Shown: piece after piece, positions 1 through 9,513 of the stretch
Layout of the letters: the number at the start of each line of letters is the position of its first letter
Numbering within the stretch: position 1 is the stretch's first letter
Assembly: GCA_027319585.1 (NCBI GenBank)
Contig: DAHVMY010000005.1
Coordinates: forward strand, 1-58,098
Reading direction: 5' to 3'
From: Candidatus Dormiibacterota bacterium
Lineage (GTDB): Bacteria; Chloroflexota; Dormibacteria; Aeolococcales; Bog-877
DNA: 58,098 nucleotides
Notes under the pieces: model-generated
The model's database searches: none
The model's input: only the letters and a program-made list of their open reading frames with translations
What the model was told of the DNA's origin: nothing
Program-made: the position numbers and the translations under genes

Positions 1-57
1 TTACGGCCGCCGCCGTGGGTCGGTCGACGATTCCCTACGCGGTCAACCAGGCATTCT

Positions 58-345
58 ATGCGCAGAGTTTCTTCGCCCCGGTGCACCTGCTCGTGCTGCT
101 GGCCTGGCTCTTGCTGCTGCTGGCCGAGGCTGGCCGCCTGCCCCGGGGTCAAGGAGGTGTACACCACCACCGGGGATGTGGACTTCATCGCCAAGGTGGC
201 GCTGTCCGACCTCGAGGAGCTGGCTCAGCTCGTGCAGGAACACCTCGCCAAGATCGACGGCCTTGTGTCCACCAGGACCCACCTGGCGATGCGTCGCTAC
301 AACCCGGAGGAGATCTCCGCCGCCTTCGACCTCGGCGTCGACTGA
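58..345 (+). CDS. Lrp/AsnC ligand-binding domain protein (5' end aberrant or truncated)
   Basis: PGVKEVYTTTGDVDFIAKV...IDGLVSTRT is a typical AsnC ligand-binding domain; residues before about nt 127 do not resemble the family. Confidence 0.7.
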   Translation: MRRVSSPRCTCSCCWPGSCCCWPRLAACPGVKEVYTTTGDVDFIAKVALSDLEELAQLVQEHLAKIDGLVSTRTHLAMRRYNPEEISAAFDLGVD

Positions 346-366
346 GCGCTTGCCCCTCTCGGTCTC

Positions 367-1074
367 TCACAGGCCGGCCGTACCGATCAGGTGGCCTATC
401 AACGCCGTCACCGCCATCGCCGCACCACCCCCGAGGAGCACCCTCAGCGCCCCGCGGCGCCAGTCGGCGCCTCCGCCCAGCGCTCCCAGCGATCCCAGCA
501 CCGCCAGAGCGATCAGGGCGATCGCGACCAGCGCGATCACGCGGCCGGCCGCGGGGGCGACCAGGGTGGCCAGGATGGGCAGCACCGCACCGCCCGAGAA
601 TGCGGCCGCCGACGACGCCGCTGCCTGCACCGGACGGGCCCGGCCCTGCTCGGTTATCCCCAGCTCGTCTCGGGCGTGCGCGCCCAGGGCATCTCGGCGC
701 ATCAGCTGGAGCGCCACCTGGCGCGCCAGCTTGGGCTCCACGCCCCGGCTCACATATATGGCCGCCAACTCCGTCAGCTCTCCCTCGGGGTCGTCGCGCA
801 ACTCCTTGCGCTCACGCGAGAGGTCCGCACGTTCGGAATCACGCTGGCTGGAAACCGATACGTACTCCCCGGCCGCCATCGACATCGCGCCGGCCGCCAT
901 CCCGGCGATGCCGGCCAGAAGCACCTGATGCACGGACGAATTCGCGGTCGCCACGCCGAGCATGAGGCTCGCGGTGGAGACGATCCCGTCATCGGCCCCA
1001 AGCACCGCGGCCCGCAGCCAGCCGGTGCTTCCAGACCGGGGCTCTTGCCTGGGAACAGCCGGCGAGGAGCTCAC
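367..1074 (-). CDS. VIT1/CCC1 family Fe/Mn transporter
   Basis: LRAAVLGADDGIVS, GAMSMAAGEYVSVSSQ and HARDELG motifs. Confidence 0.92.
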   Translation of the reverse strand: MSSSPAVPRQEPRSGSTGWLRAAVLGADDGIVSTASLMLGVATANSSVHQVLLAGIAGMAAGAMSMAAGEYVSVSSQRDSERADLSRERKELRDDPEGELTELAAIYVSRGVEPKLARQVALQLMRRDALGAHARDELGITEQGRARPVQAAASSAAAFSGGAVLPILATLVAPAAGRVIALVAIALIALAVLGSLGALGGGADWRRGALRVLLGGGAAMAVTALIGHLIGTAGL

Positions 1075-1129
1075 CGGCGCGCTGCCGATCGACCAGAGGC
1101 GGCGTAACCGGGCCGGGACACGCGCTCGC

Positions 1130-3637
1130 CTAGCCCACCGCGCTCTGCACCGTGCCCTGCACCTCCTCCACGTACCGGTGCAGGCGCTCGGTCATCTCGC
1201 CCACCTCGGCCCCCGAGGCGATCACCCGGTACCGGGGCGTGTCGGCGTCCGGGAGCACGAGCACATACCCCGATTCATAGAGAAGCTTGAGACCATCGGT
1301 GAGATCAACCCGCTCGTGGCGGTGAGCCTCGGCCAGCCGGCGCATGACCTCGCCCTTGACCTCCCAGGGACACGGAACGGCGACCTCCTCGTGGAACCCC
1401 ATCGGTAGCTGGCGCCGAACCTCGGAGAGGGAGGTGTCGAGTTGAGCGCTCATCTGGATGGTCGCCAAGAGTGCGAACATGGCGTCGTAAGCGGCGAGGT
1501 GGTCGGGCCAGACGAACCCTCCCAGACCATCCGCGCCCAAAACGGCCTGGCTGCGGGCGGCCGCCCGCACCACTGAGGCCAGATCCGCGCGGCAGTGGAT
1601 CAGCCTGCCGCCGGCCTCCTCAACGATCTGCTCCAGTTGCCAGCACGCCGACACCGGGGCCACGATCGCGGCCTCCGGGCGGGTGCGCAGCGCCATCCAC
1701 GCCATGAGGCAGATCGCCTCCTGATGCGCGAAGATCTGGCCGGCGTCGTCGATCAGAAAGAGCCGCTGCCCCGGAGGGTCGACCCGAGCGCCGAAGTTGG
1801 CCCCGACCGTCTTGGTGATGCTGGCCGCCTGTTGCAGCTCCTCGTCGGGGTCGCGGGGGACCGGGGACGCGAAGGCCTCCTCCTCAAAACCGGAACGCAG
1901 GGAAACCGTCTGGATCTGGGCCTCATGGAGCAGATGCGGCAGCGCCACCGACGAGCTCCCGAAGCCGAAGTCGATGAGCAACCGTGGGTGGACGGCCCGC
2001 ACCTTCTCGAGGTCCAGCGCAGCCAGGGTGTCCGCCTGGTAGGCGGAAAGCACCGCCTCCGGATACCCGATCTCCTGAATCTCGCGCGGCACAACCCGCC
2101 GGAAGTCCTCCCGGAAGAAGGTGTTCTCCAACTTGCGCTCCTGGCGCCGGTCCAGGGCCATCCCCTGGCCGTCCAGGACCTCGATGTCGGCGGACCGGTT
2201 GTCGACCGGAGAGGCGACGATGTGGACCGCGCCGGCAGCGGCTGACCCCCTGGTGAAGTGGCAGGTGACCGGCACGGGCAGCTCGCTGAGGTCCATCACC
2301 CTGGCTCCGGCCGAGAGCATGCCCGAGATCATGGCGCGCTTGATCATCCGGGAACCCGGGCTCCGGTCCCGGCAGATCGCGAGCTGGGATCCCCGAGGGT
2401 GGGTGGCGGCCCAGGCGGCCCCCAGACGCGCACACCACTCCGGAGTCAGCTGCACGTTGATCAGCCCGGTGAGCCCGGCGGAGCCGAACAGGGCCGACCG
2501 CCAGGTGCCCGCCCATATCACCGACTCGTGGACCAGCGACCCCGGCTCGATCTCCTTGCCCGGCCAGATGCGCACCCCCTGCTCCACCACCGCTCCCGCG
2601 CCGATGGTGCAGTCGTCACCGATCACGCTGCCGTCGTCCAGGAGGACCTCTGGCTTGATGGTGGCAGCGCTGCAGACCACCGCCTGGCGCAGACGGCTGC
2701 GCTCACCGAGATAGACCTGCGGCCAGATCACCGAGTTGCTGAGCTTGGCGCCCTGGTCGACCACCGCGAAGCGGTCCAAAACGACCGGGCCATTGAGGAA
2801 GACGTCCTCGCCCACCACGCAGTCGCGGCCGATGAAGGCCGGCCCGACGATCTCGGCTGAGGCCGCGATCTCCGCCCCCTCGCTGACCCACTGGGAGTCG
2901 CCGACCCGCCGGCCGGAGATCTCGCACTGGACCCGGCCCTCCAGGGCGTCCCAGTTGGCCTGGAGGTAGCTCTGGATGCTGCCGATGTCGCACCAGTAGC
3001 CGCGGCCCACCACCGCCCACACGGAGTCCTGGCGGCGGAGCATCTCGGGAAAGACATCGGAGGACCAGTCGCACGGTTGGTCCTCGGGTATGTAGCTCAG
3101 AACCTCGGGATCGATCACATAGATCCCGGTGTTCACCTGGTCGCTGAAGACCTCACCCCAAGAGGGCTTCTCCAGGAAGCGGTCGATGCGCCCCTCGGGC
3201 GACGTCACCACCACGCCGTACTCCAGGGGGTTGGCCACCTTGGAGAGGACGATCGTCGCCCGTGACGCCCGGTCGCGGTGGAACGCGATCGCCTGGCTTA
3301 GGTCGATGTCGGTCAGGGCGTCCCCGCTTATCACCAGAAAGGTGCTGTCCAGCAAAGCCGCGGCATTCTTGACGCTCCCCGCGGTCCCCAGCGGGCGGTC
3401 CTCCACCGCGTACTCCAGCTGCATCCCCAGCTCCTGACCGTCCCCGAAGTAGTTGCGGATCGAGGCCCCCAGGTACTGGAGGGTGATGACCACCTCGGTG
3501 ATCCCGTGCCGGCGCAGCAGCCGCAGGACGTGCTCAAGGCAGGGCCGCCCCACCACCGGCACCAGCGGCTTCGGCCTCCGGCTGGTGAGCGGCCTAAGTC
3601 GGCTGCCCTCGCCTCCAGCCATCACGACCGCCTTCAA
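1130..3637 (-). CDS. Mannose-1-phosphate guanylyltransferase fused to a phosphomannomutase-like domain
   Basis: N-terminal [19 protein letters not shown]-transferase, hexapeptide repeats, C-terminal phosphohexomutase-like region; GGAGG RBS. Confidence 0.9.
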   Translation of the reverse strand: MKAVVMAGGEGSRLRPLTSRRPKPLVPVVGRPCLEHVLRLLRRHGITEVVITLQYLGASIRNYFGDGQELGMQLEYAVEDRPLGTAGSVKNAAALLDSTFLVISGDALTDIDLSQAIAFHRDRASRATIVLSKVANPLEYGVVVTSPEGRIDRFLEKPSWGEVFSDQVNTGIYVIDPEVLSYIPEDQPCDWSSDVFPEMLRRQDSVWAVVGRGYWCDIGSIQSYLQANWDALEGRVQCEISGRRVGDSQWVSEGAEIAASAEIVGPAFIGRDCVVGEDVFLNGPVVLDRFAVVDQGAKLSNSVIWPQVYLGERSRLRQAVVCSAATIKPEVLLDDGSVIGDDCTIGAGAVVEQGVRIWPGKEIEPGSLVHESVIWAGTWRSALFGSAGLTGLINVQLTPEWCARLGAAWAATHPRGSQLAICRDRSPGSRMIKRAMISGMLSAGARVMDLSELPVPVTCHFTRGSAAAGAVHIVASPVDNRSADIEVLDGQGMALDRRQERKLENTFFREDFRRVVPREIQEIGYPEAVLSAYQADTLAALDLEKVRAVHPRLLIDFGFGSSSVALPHLLHEAQIQTVSLRSGFEEEAFASPVPRDPDEELQQAASITKTVGANFGARVDPPGQRLFLIDDAGQIFAHQEAICLMAWMALRTRPEAAIVAPVSACWQLEQIVEEAGGRLIHCRADLASVVRAAARSQAVLGADGLGGFVWPDHLAAYDAMFALLATIQMSAQLDTSLSEVRRQLPMGFHEEVAVPCPWEVKGEVMRRLAEAHRHERVDLTDGLKLLYESGYVLVLPDADTPRYRVIASGAEVGEMTERLHRYVEEVQGTVQSAVG

Positions 3638-3695
3638 CGTCGACCTCCTGGGTTCACCGCGATCCTGACGTCGACCAGCCCGCCGATAGCAGAGA

Positions 3696-4808
3696 TCATA
3701 CGGACAGCTGCCGACCCCGGCGGCGCCGTTCCCACCACCACATGGCCAAGATCACGGCCATCGACGCCCCCACGGTGACCGCTGCGGTACCCACGACCTC
3801 AGCCGTCTGGCTGGCGCCCGCATAGACCGGGGGACCCGGGAGGGTCTGGAGCCGGTGCAGGAACAACCCGCGCGGCCCCGCCGCCGCGACCAGCCCGGAT
3901 GGGTGGGTGGCGTAGAGCGGCCCCAGGGCGGCCAGGGCGACGACCTTCCCGTCCGCGGTCGCCGGAGCGGCGCGGTACCACGTGAAGCCCGCGTCCGGGG
4001 TGAGCAGCGTCCCGAACCCGGAGGTGGCGACATAGGCGGCGTCGGGTCCCACGCCCAGGAGCGCGTTGAGCCGGGGCACGCCGGCCACCCCGCCGTATGG
4101 CAGGAGCTGGAAGACCGGGGTCCAACCGGTTCGGTAGTGGGCGTAGATCATCCCCGCCTGATCGCCGGCCAGGAGGATTCCGTCACCCATCTCCGCCAGG
4201 ACGGGCCGGTCGCCGAGGTGAGGAGCGCCACGGCTGGAACGGATCCGTCCGCTGGCGTTGACCAGCTCGATGCCCAGTCTGGTCGCGATCACAAAGGGTT
4301 GCCCGGGCACAACCGGCGGCGCGACCGCGGTGACAGGATTCCCAGGAGCTGACCCCGCGACCCTGTGGAGGGCTGACCGCAATCCCCCCAGGTACAACCC
4401 TGCGGTGGTCGCCGCCAGCGCCAAGGGCTGGGATCCCGAACTGATGGCCAGCCCCCTGGGCTCTCCTGGGAGCCGCTGGAGGAGACGGGCGAGACCTGGA
4501 AGCCGAAGCCGGTAGAGAGCCCCGTCGGTGTTCAGCGCCAAGCCCTGGGATCCGGCGGCCGCCACGAACTTCGCCCCCTGCGGACTGCCGCCTCCAACCA
4601 GCTTGCCGCTTAGGGCGTCCAGCCAGTAGGCGCGGCCCGCCATGATCACCAAGGTCGTCGACTCCGAGTTGGATGCGATGGCTTGGAGAGCGCGCTGGGG
4701 CCCGGGCGCCCTGGTCCACCAGGCCGTGGCCGCACTGACCGGGCTCAGCGACCCCGTCGCGATGGCGGCGGCCAACACGGTCAATCCGGCGCCTTGGCCC
4801 AATCTCAC
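3696..4808 (-). CDS. Secreted beta-propeller-like protein with C-terminal membrane anchor
   Basis: Signal peptide ending in VSA-A, BNR/Asp-box-like TPDAGFTW, C-terminal TM helix followed by RRRR. Confidence 0.65.
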   Translation of the reverse strand: MRLGQGAGLTVLAAAIATGSLSPVSAATAWWTRAPGPQRALQAIASNSESTTLVIMAGRAYWLDALSGKLVGGGSPQGAKFVAAAGSQGLALNTDGALYRLRLPGLARLLQRLPGEPRGLAISSGSQPLALAATTAGLYLGGLRSALHRVAGSAPGNPVTAVAPPVVPGQPFVIATRLGIELVNASGRIRSSRGAPHLGDRPVLAEMGDGILLAGDQAGMIYAHYRTGWTPVFQLLPYGGVAGVPRLNALLGVGPDAAYVATSGFGTLLTPDAGFTWYRAAPATADGKVVALAALGPLYATHPSGLVAAAGPRGLFLHRLQTLPGPPVYAGASQTAEVVGTAAVTVGASMAVILAMWWWERRRRGRQLSV

Positions 4809-4811
4809 CGA

Positions 4812-5714
4812 TCAGCCACCGTAGAGCCCGCTGACCACGACGGCCAGCACGTAGAAATCGGCGACGATGTGGACCAGCATCGCGGGCAGCAGGCTGCGAC
4901 TCCTCATCGACATCCAACCCCACAGCCAGCCGAGCGCGATGACGATGGGCACGAAGCTGAAGGCCGGCCCCTCGTACTGGATCGCCAGGTGGGCGATCCC
5001 GAAGATGAGTCCCTGGGTTATCACCGCCGCCGCCGGGCTCTGCTGGCGTTCCAAAGCCGACATCAAGACTCCCCGGAACTGGATCTCCTGGGCGATCGCG
5101 CTGGCGGCGTTGGCTATCCCCAAGAAGACCGCTGCGGAGCCGCTGAGCGCGAGCAGCGGGACTCCCTCCCGCCCCAGCAGGGGAGCCGGGAGCGCGAACC
5201 CGATCAGCAGAAAAAGCAGGGTGCCCACGATGCCGAAGGCCGCCATGAGAAGGGTGGGCCGGACCCACAGCCGCAAGTTGGGCCGGGGTCGGGGCGTGAG
5301 GTAGTGAAACCCCACCGCCATTCCCAGGGCCAGCAGCAGTTCGGCAACCCCGGCCGCGGCATTGCGGGTCAGCCCGTCAGGCACTCCCAGGATGGCGGGC
5401 GCCGGCCCCGAGTAGCTGGTGAGCCAGAGCCAGACCGAGAAGGGAAGCGCCAGGGTCAGGAAGGCGAACGCCAGGGGGGCACTGCGCCGCAGCGGGCGCC
5501 AGAGCAGGGTGACCGCGGTCACGGCGGAGAAATAGCCGCTGAGACGCCAGCCATCGGGATCTACTCCCTGAGGGTCACCGAACACTCGCGGCAACAGCAG
5601 GACGACCGCCGCTCCCGCGAGGATGAACACCAGCTCGCCGCCCCCGGGACCGACGCCCTGAACCGAGGGGGCGGGCCGCCGGAGCCAGCCACGCACGGCG
5701 GGATCGGCAGCCAC
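4812..5714 (-). CDS. CPBP (Abi/CAAX type II) family intramembrane protease
   Basis: Multi-TM; QEIQFRG (EExxFRG variant), FGIAH and HIVAD motifs. Confidence 0.8.
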   Translation of the reverse strand: MAADPAVRGWLRRPAPSVQGVGPGGGELVFILAGAAVVLLLPRVFGDPQGVDPDGWRLSGYFSAVTAVTLLWRPLRRSAPLAFAFLTLALPFSVWLWLTSYSGPAPAILGVPDGLTRNAAAGVAELLLALGMAVGFHYLTPRPRPNLRLWVRPTLLMAAFGIVGTLLFLLIGFALPAPLLGREGVPLLALSGSAAVFLGIANAASAIAQEIQFRGVLMSALERQQSPAAAVITQGLIFGIAHLAIQYEGPAFSFVPIVIALGWLWGWMSMRSRSLLPAMLVHIVADFYVLAVVVSGLYGG

Positions 5715-5737
5715 CTCTCAGCAGGCGGTCGCTGGGA

Positions 5738-6337
5738 TCAGGGTTGGGGTTGCTCCTGGGGCTCTGCGGTGGCTGGCTGGCTGCCGTTGGTCCCTGGTTG
5801 CGCCGGCGGCTGGTAGTCCCCGAGGGGCATGTCGAGGTCCTCCCCGCGCAGCCGGTCCACCAGGTCATAGACCTTGTCCTGGACCGTGCCGGAGAAGAGG
5901 AAGGCCGCCCCGGCGCTGGCGAGGATCCCGGCGGCCAGCCACTTCCTGGAGATCCTTCTGCGATGGGCCTTCGGCGGCTTGATCCCGGTCTTGGCCAGCG
6001 AGCTCTGGACCTTGCGGCGGGTGTCCGGCGGCAGGGACTTGGTCGCCTCGTATGCGGCCTGGACCACCTTCTCAGCGAGGTCGGCCGAGCGCCCCCGAGC
6101 CTGCTCGACGGCCTCCGCGGCTCGCCGCTGGGCGGTGTCGGCGACCGGCTGCACCTGGGAGGCGATCCGGCCAGTGAACTCGGGCAGCTGGTGGGCAGCT
6201 GCCACCATCGCCGGGGTGACCGCCGCGCCCGCCGACTTCACGCCGGTCCCCAGGACCTCGACCACGGCTCCGGCCGCGTCGGAGGCGGTGGATCCGAGCC
6301 TCTCCATAGGCCGCTGCTGCTTGCGTGAGAACCTCAT
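5738..6337 (-). CDS. Hypothetical Ala-rich helical protein with one TM segment
   Basis: AGGAGG RBS, GC3-rich codons, basic patch then TM helix near the C-terminus. Confidence 0.7.
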   Translation of the reverse strand: MRFSRKQQRPMERLGSTASDAAGAVVEVLGTGVKSAGAAVTPAMVAAAHQLPEFTGRIASQVQPVADTAQRRAAEAVEQARGRSADLAEKVVQAAYEATKSLPPDTRRKVQSSLAKTGIKPPKAHRRRISRKWLAAGILASAGAAFLFSGTVQDKVYDLVDRLRGEDLDMPLGDYQPPAQPGTNGSQPATAEPQEQPQP

Positions 6338-6410
6338 GGCGGCTCCTCCTATGTCTTACCTGTATGTCGAGTGTAGTCCAGGCGCGGGCTGGAAACATCG
6401 GGGAAGCGCA

Positions 6411-7247
6411 TCAAGGCTCACTCCTGCGACCAGAGCCAGCGACGACCGGGGGGAAGTGCTCCAGCGGGCCATGTCCGGATCCCAGCCCGGGCGCATGACG
6501 GATGGCGGTGGCGACGTACGCCTTGGCCTGGCGCACGGCCGGCTCGAGGCCGTCGCCCAGCGCCAGGCGAGCCGCGATCGCGGCCGAGAAGGTACAGCCG
6601 GTCCCATGGGTGTGGACCGAGTCGATGCGCTCGCCCGGGAGGCGCACCAGCCCTTGATCGGAGACGAGCACGTCAGTCGGCGGCCCCGGGGCATGACCGC
6701 CTTTGACCACCACCGCGGACGCGCCCATCTGCAGGATCGCCTGCCCGGCGGCGATGGCCTCCTCCTCCGACTCGACCCTCCGGCCGGTCAGAGCCGCGGC
6801 CTCGGGCCAGTTGGGGGTGACCACCTGCGCCATCGGGATCAGCTGCTCGCGCATGATCGCCACCGCGTCCGGTTCCAGGAGGGTGGCCCCGCTCTTGGCC
6901 ACCATGACCGGGTCCACCACCAGCGGCCCCCAGGAGCGCTGGCGCAGTTGCTGGCAGACGGTGGCGATGTGGGGCGCAGAGAAGAGCATGCCGGTCTTGA
7001 CGGCCCGTGGACGCAGGTCTTGGTCCAGCGCCTCAAACTGGGCGATCAGGAACTCCTGGGGCAGCCCGTGAACCGCCAGCACCCCCAGGGTGTTCTGAGC
7101 CGTGAGGGCGACCGCGACGCTCACCCCGTACACCCCGCAGGCGGCAAAGCTCTTGAGATCGGCCTGGATCCCGGCCCCACCGCCGCTGTCGGTGCCGGCC
7201 ACGGTGGCCGCGATCGTGGTGCGGGGGAAGTCGGTGGCCGGCATCAT
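6411..7247 (-). CDS. thiD: Hydroxymethylpyrimidine/phosphomethylpyrimidine kinase
   Basis: AGTDSGGGAGIQADLK, VKTGML, DPVMVAKSG and THGTGCT motifs; ATGA overlap with upstream stop; true start is inside the longer track ORF. Confidence 0.95.
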   Translation of the reverse strand: MMPATDFPRTTIAATVAGTDSGGGAGIQADLKSFAACGVYGVSVAVALTAQNTLGVLAVHGLPQEFLIAQFEALDQDLRPRAVKTGMLFSAPHIATVCQQLRQRSWGPLVVDPVMVAKSGATLLEPDAVAIMREQLIPMAQVVTPNWPEAAALTGRRVESEEEAIAAGQAILQMGASAVVVKGGHAPGPPTDVLVSDQGLVRLPGERIDSVHTHGTGCTFSAAIAARLALGDGLEPAVRQAKAYVATAIRHAPGLGSGHGPLEHFPPVVAGSGRRSEP

Positions 7248-8719
7248 CGGTAGGCGACCCGGGGAGTCTGCACGCGCCCAGCTTCCAGCCGGTGCAGCAG
7301 CACGTAGGCGAGGGCGGTCACCAGCAGCCCCACCAGGCCACTGATGTCCACGGGCTGGCCCAGGAACAGCCGCTGGGCCAGGGGTGAGACGAACCCCCAC
7401 TCCCCCGGCGGCGGGGGTTCGTTGAAGAAGAGGATCGTCGCCAGGGTCCCCACCCCGAACGCCGCCAGCGTTGGCCAACGGAATCCGCCCTGGAACCAGT
7501 AGCCGCGACGCGCGACCAGCTGACGCGGGTCCGGGCTGCGGGCGCTCCGATAGCTGTCGAGGATCACAACCATCGCCCAGGCTGGAAACCAGACGTAGGT
7601 GAGGGTGAGGAAGTTGACGTAGTTGCCCTGGAAGCCACTGCCGGCGAACAGCACCAGGCTGGCGATCAGGCTTCCGACCACCCCCACGACCGTCGCCGCC
7701 ACCCAGCGCCTGAGCCTGATCCCGATGGCCAGGGCGCACAGCGCGGCGGAGTAGACGTTGAGGTAGTTGGAGCTGAGCTCCGCCACCACGATGAAGGCGG
7801 CAAAGCAGTAGGCGAAGGCGAGCGGGACCGAGCTCACGATCAGGTTGGGCAGAAGCCGGCTGGGGTCCGCGGTCTGGATCGCCGCGCCCAGCAGTCCGCA
7901 GCCCACCAGGCTCGTCAGCGTACCCCCGCCACTCGCCATGGCGACTCGCCACGACGAGGAGTGGGCGGGTAGATACCGGGAGTAGTCGCCCGCGTAGGTG
8001 ACCCAGGAAACCACGAGGGCGAAGGTGAGGGTGAAGCCCAGGGCCATCGCGGCCAGATGGGGACCGAGGCTCAGCTGGCTCTGCCGCAAGAGATCCCAGT
8101 GGGGGAAGGTGAAGAGCGCCAGCGCCGCGCACACGATCAGGAAGGCAGGGACCTGGACGTGCTGGACGACCGAGATGGTGCGGTGCCCGTAAACCGCCAC
8201 CAGAAAGGAGACCAGTGCGATCCCCGCCAGCAGCAGACCCGCCATCAGGTCGGAGGAGCCGTGGAAGACGGGCAGCGCGCGAGTGGTGGTGACGGCAATG
8301 GCGCAGTCGTACGCGAACCAGCCGACCGCGATCACCATGGTGAGGAACCCGCCGACCACCGCCCCGCGGCGTCCGAAGACCATCCGGGACTGGACGATCT
8401 GGGGCGCCCCGCTGCGGACCCCCGTCACCGAGAGCAGGCCGAGCAGAGCAGCCCCGGCAAGGGCGCCGGCGATCAGGACCACCGCCGCGTCCCAGAAACC
8501 AAGTCCAGCCGCCGAAATCAGCAGCGCTCCCGCGTAGAGCGAGAAGAAATCGGCCAACGCCCCGCCCCAGATGAAGAACAGCTCCCGCGGCCGGCCGTGA
8601 CGGCTCTGCTCTGGAACCGGCTCCAGGCCCCTCAGCTCAACGCGCAGGAACTCGTCGTCATCGGCCGGAATCGACGCGTCCACCTCCCGGCGGTCACTCT
8701 CGATGGTCGTCTCTGTCAT
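7244..8719 (-). CDS. NCS1/cytosine-permease family transporter, probable thiamine-precursor uptake
   Basis: About 12 TM helices, SWVTYAGDYSRYLP motif; lies between a TPP riboswitch and thiD; GGAGG RBS before ATG 8719. Confidence 0.88.
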   Translation of the reverse strand: MTETTIESDRREVDASIPADDDEFLRVELRGLEPVPEQSRHGRPRELFFIWGGALADFFSLYAGALLISAAGLGFWDAAVVLIAGALAGAALLGLLSVTGVRSGAPQIVQSRMVFGRRGAVVGGFLTMVIAVGWFAYDCAIAVTTTRALPVFHGSSDLMAGLLLAGIALVSFLVAVYGHRTISVVQHVQVPAFLIVCAALALFTFPHWDLLRQSQLSLGPHLAAMALGFTLTFALVVSWVTYAGDYSRYLPAHSSSWRVAMASGGGTLTSLVGCGLLGAAIQTADPSRLLPNLIVSSVPLAFAYCFAAFIVVAELSSNYLNVYSAALCALAIGIRLRRWVAATVVGVVGSLIASLVLFAGSGFQGNYVNFLTLTYVWFPAWAMVVILDSYRSARSPDPRQLVARRGYWFQGGFRWPTLAAFGVGTLATILFFNEPPPPGEWGFVSPLAQRLFLGQPVDISGLVGLLVTALAYVLLHRLEAGRVQTPRVAYR

Positions 8720-8759
8720 CACCACCTCCTGGCCAAACACGGGCTCGGAGCCGACAGGA

Positions 8760-8848
8760 CGAGGCTTCCCGACGCTGGTACTAACCAGATCCGGTGTTCA
8801 GGGTTGGCATCATGCCTCTCAGCGCCCTGTCGGCGCACCCCTAGCTGG
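8760..8848 (-). promoter_or_regulatory. TPP riboswitch (THI element)
   Basis: Minus strand CTAGGGGTGC..GCTGAGAG..AACCC..GGATCTGGTTAGTACCAGCGTCGGGAAG matches the THI-box consensus; upstream of thiamine salvage genes; TATACT -10 near 8868-8873. Confidence 0.93.
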
Positions 8849-8962
8849 GAATCGGAATCCCGAGCAGAGTATAGACGGAACCGGAGCTGGCGGCAGGCAG
8901 CAACGAAGGGTGAACTCAGCCCGGGTTTACTTCGGCTGTCGGACTACACTCTGAAATTGTGA

Positions 8963-8975
8963 TTCGGATTCCGAA
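8963..8975. promoter_or_regulatory. Probable MarR operator palindrome
   Basis: Perfect TTCGGA-T-TCCGAA between a TACACT -10 and the marR start. Confidence 0.5.
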
Positions 8976-8979
8976 ACGA

Positions 8980-9513
8980 ATGGCAGGCCCGACATCGTCC
9001 GGCCCAACCCCCCGGGAGCTGCTGGTCCAAGAGTTCATCGAGTCCCAGTGGCGGCTCAGCCGCCTGATCAGGGCCTCGGTCCTGAGCAGGATCGAGGCGG
9101 AGTCCACCGATCTGGCGAACCTGGCCGCCTCGATCACCCCGCACCAGCGCCAGGCGGTGATGGTGCTGGCCCGGCTCGGCCCCCGCTCAATGGGGGAGCT
9201 GGCCCGCGATCTGCTCATCAGCGCCAGCAGCGCCACCGAGCTGGTCGACCGCCTGGTGGACAGGGGGTGGGTGGAGCGAGAAGCCGATCCCGGTGACCGC
9301 CGTTCGGTGGTGATCCGCCTGACCGAGCGGGCGAGCGAGCCGGCGGCGGAGGTGGACCGGATGCTCCTCGAGGAGGTGGCGAAGCTGCTCGCCCCGCTGG
9401 GGGACGCCGAGATGGCGGAGTTGGTTCAACTGCTGCGGCCATTGGCGGCTCAGGCCTCCAACCGACCCCGACCGAGCGCCCGGCGCCAGCCACCCAGCGA
9501 GCCCGGGCAGTGA
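8980..9513 (+). CDS. MarR family transcriptional regulator
   Basis: wHTH with SATELVDRLVDRGWVER..DRRSVVIRLT. Confidence 0.92.
   Translation: MAGPTSSGPTPRELLVQEFIESQWRLSRLIRASVLSRIEAESTDLANLAASITPHQRQAVMVLARLGPRSMGELARDLLISASSATELVDRLVDRGWVEREADPGDRRSVVIRLTERASEPAAEVDRMLLEEVAKLLAPLGDAEMAELVQLLRPLAAQASNRPRPSARRQPPSEPGQ

Noticed and set aside
15-965. 316-aa plus-strand ORF
   Set aside because: Beyond about 42 codons it is Pro/Arg-rich shadow overlapping the Lrp and VIT1 genes
6411-8132. 573-aa ORF suggesting a long ThiD fusion
   Set aside because: The N-terminal half is an off-frame shadow of the permease; ThiD starts at 7247
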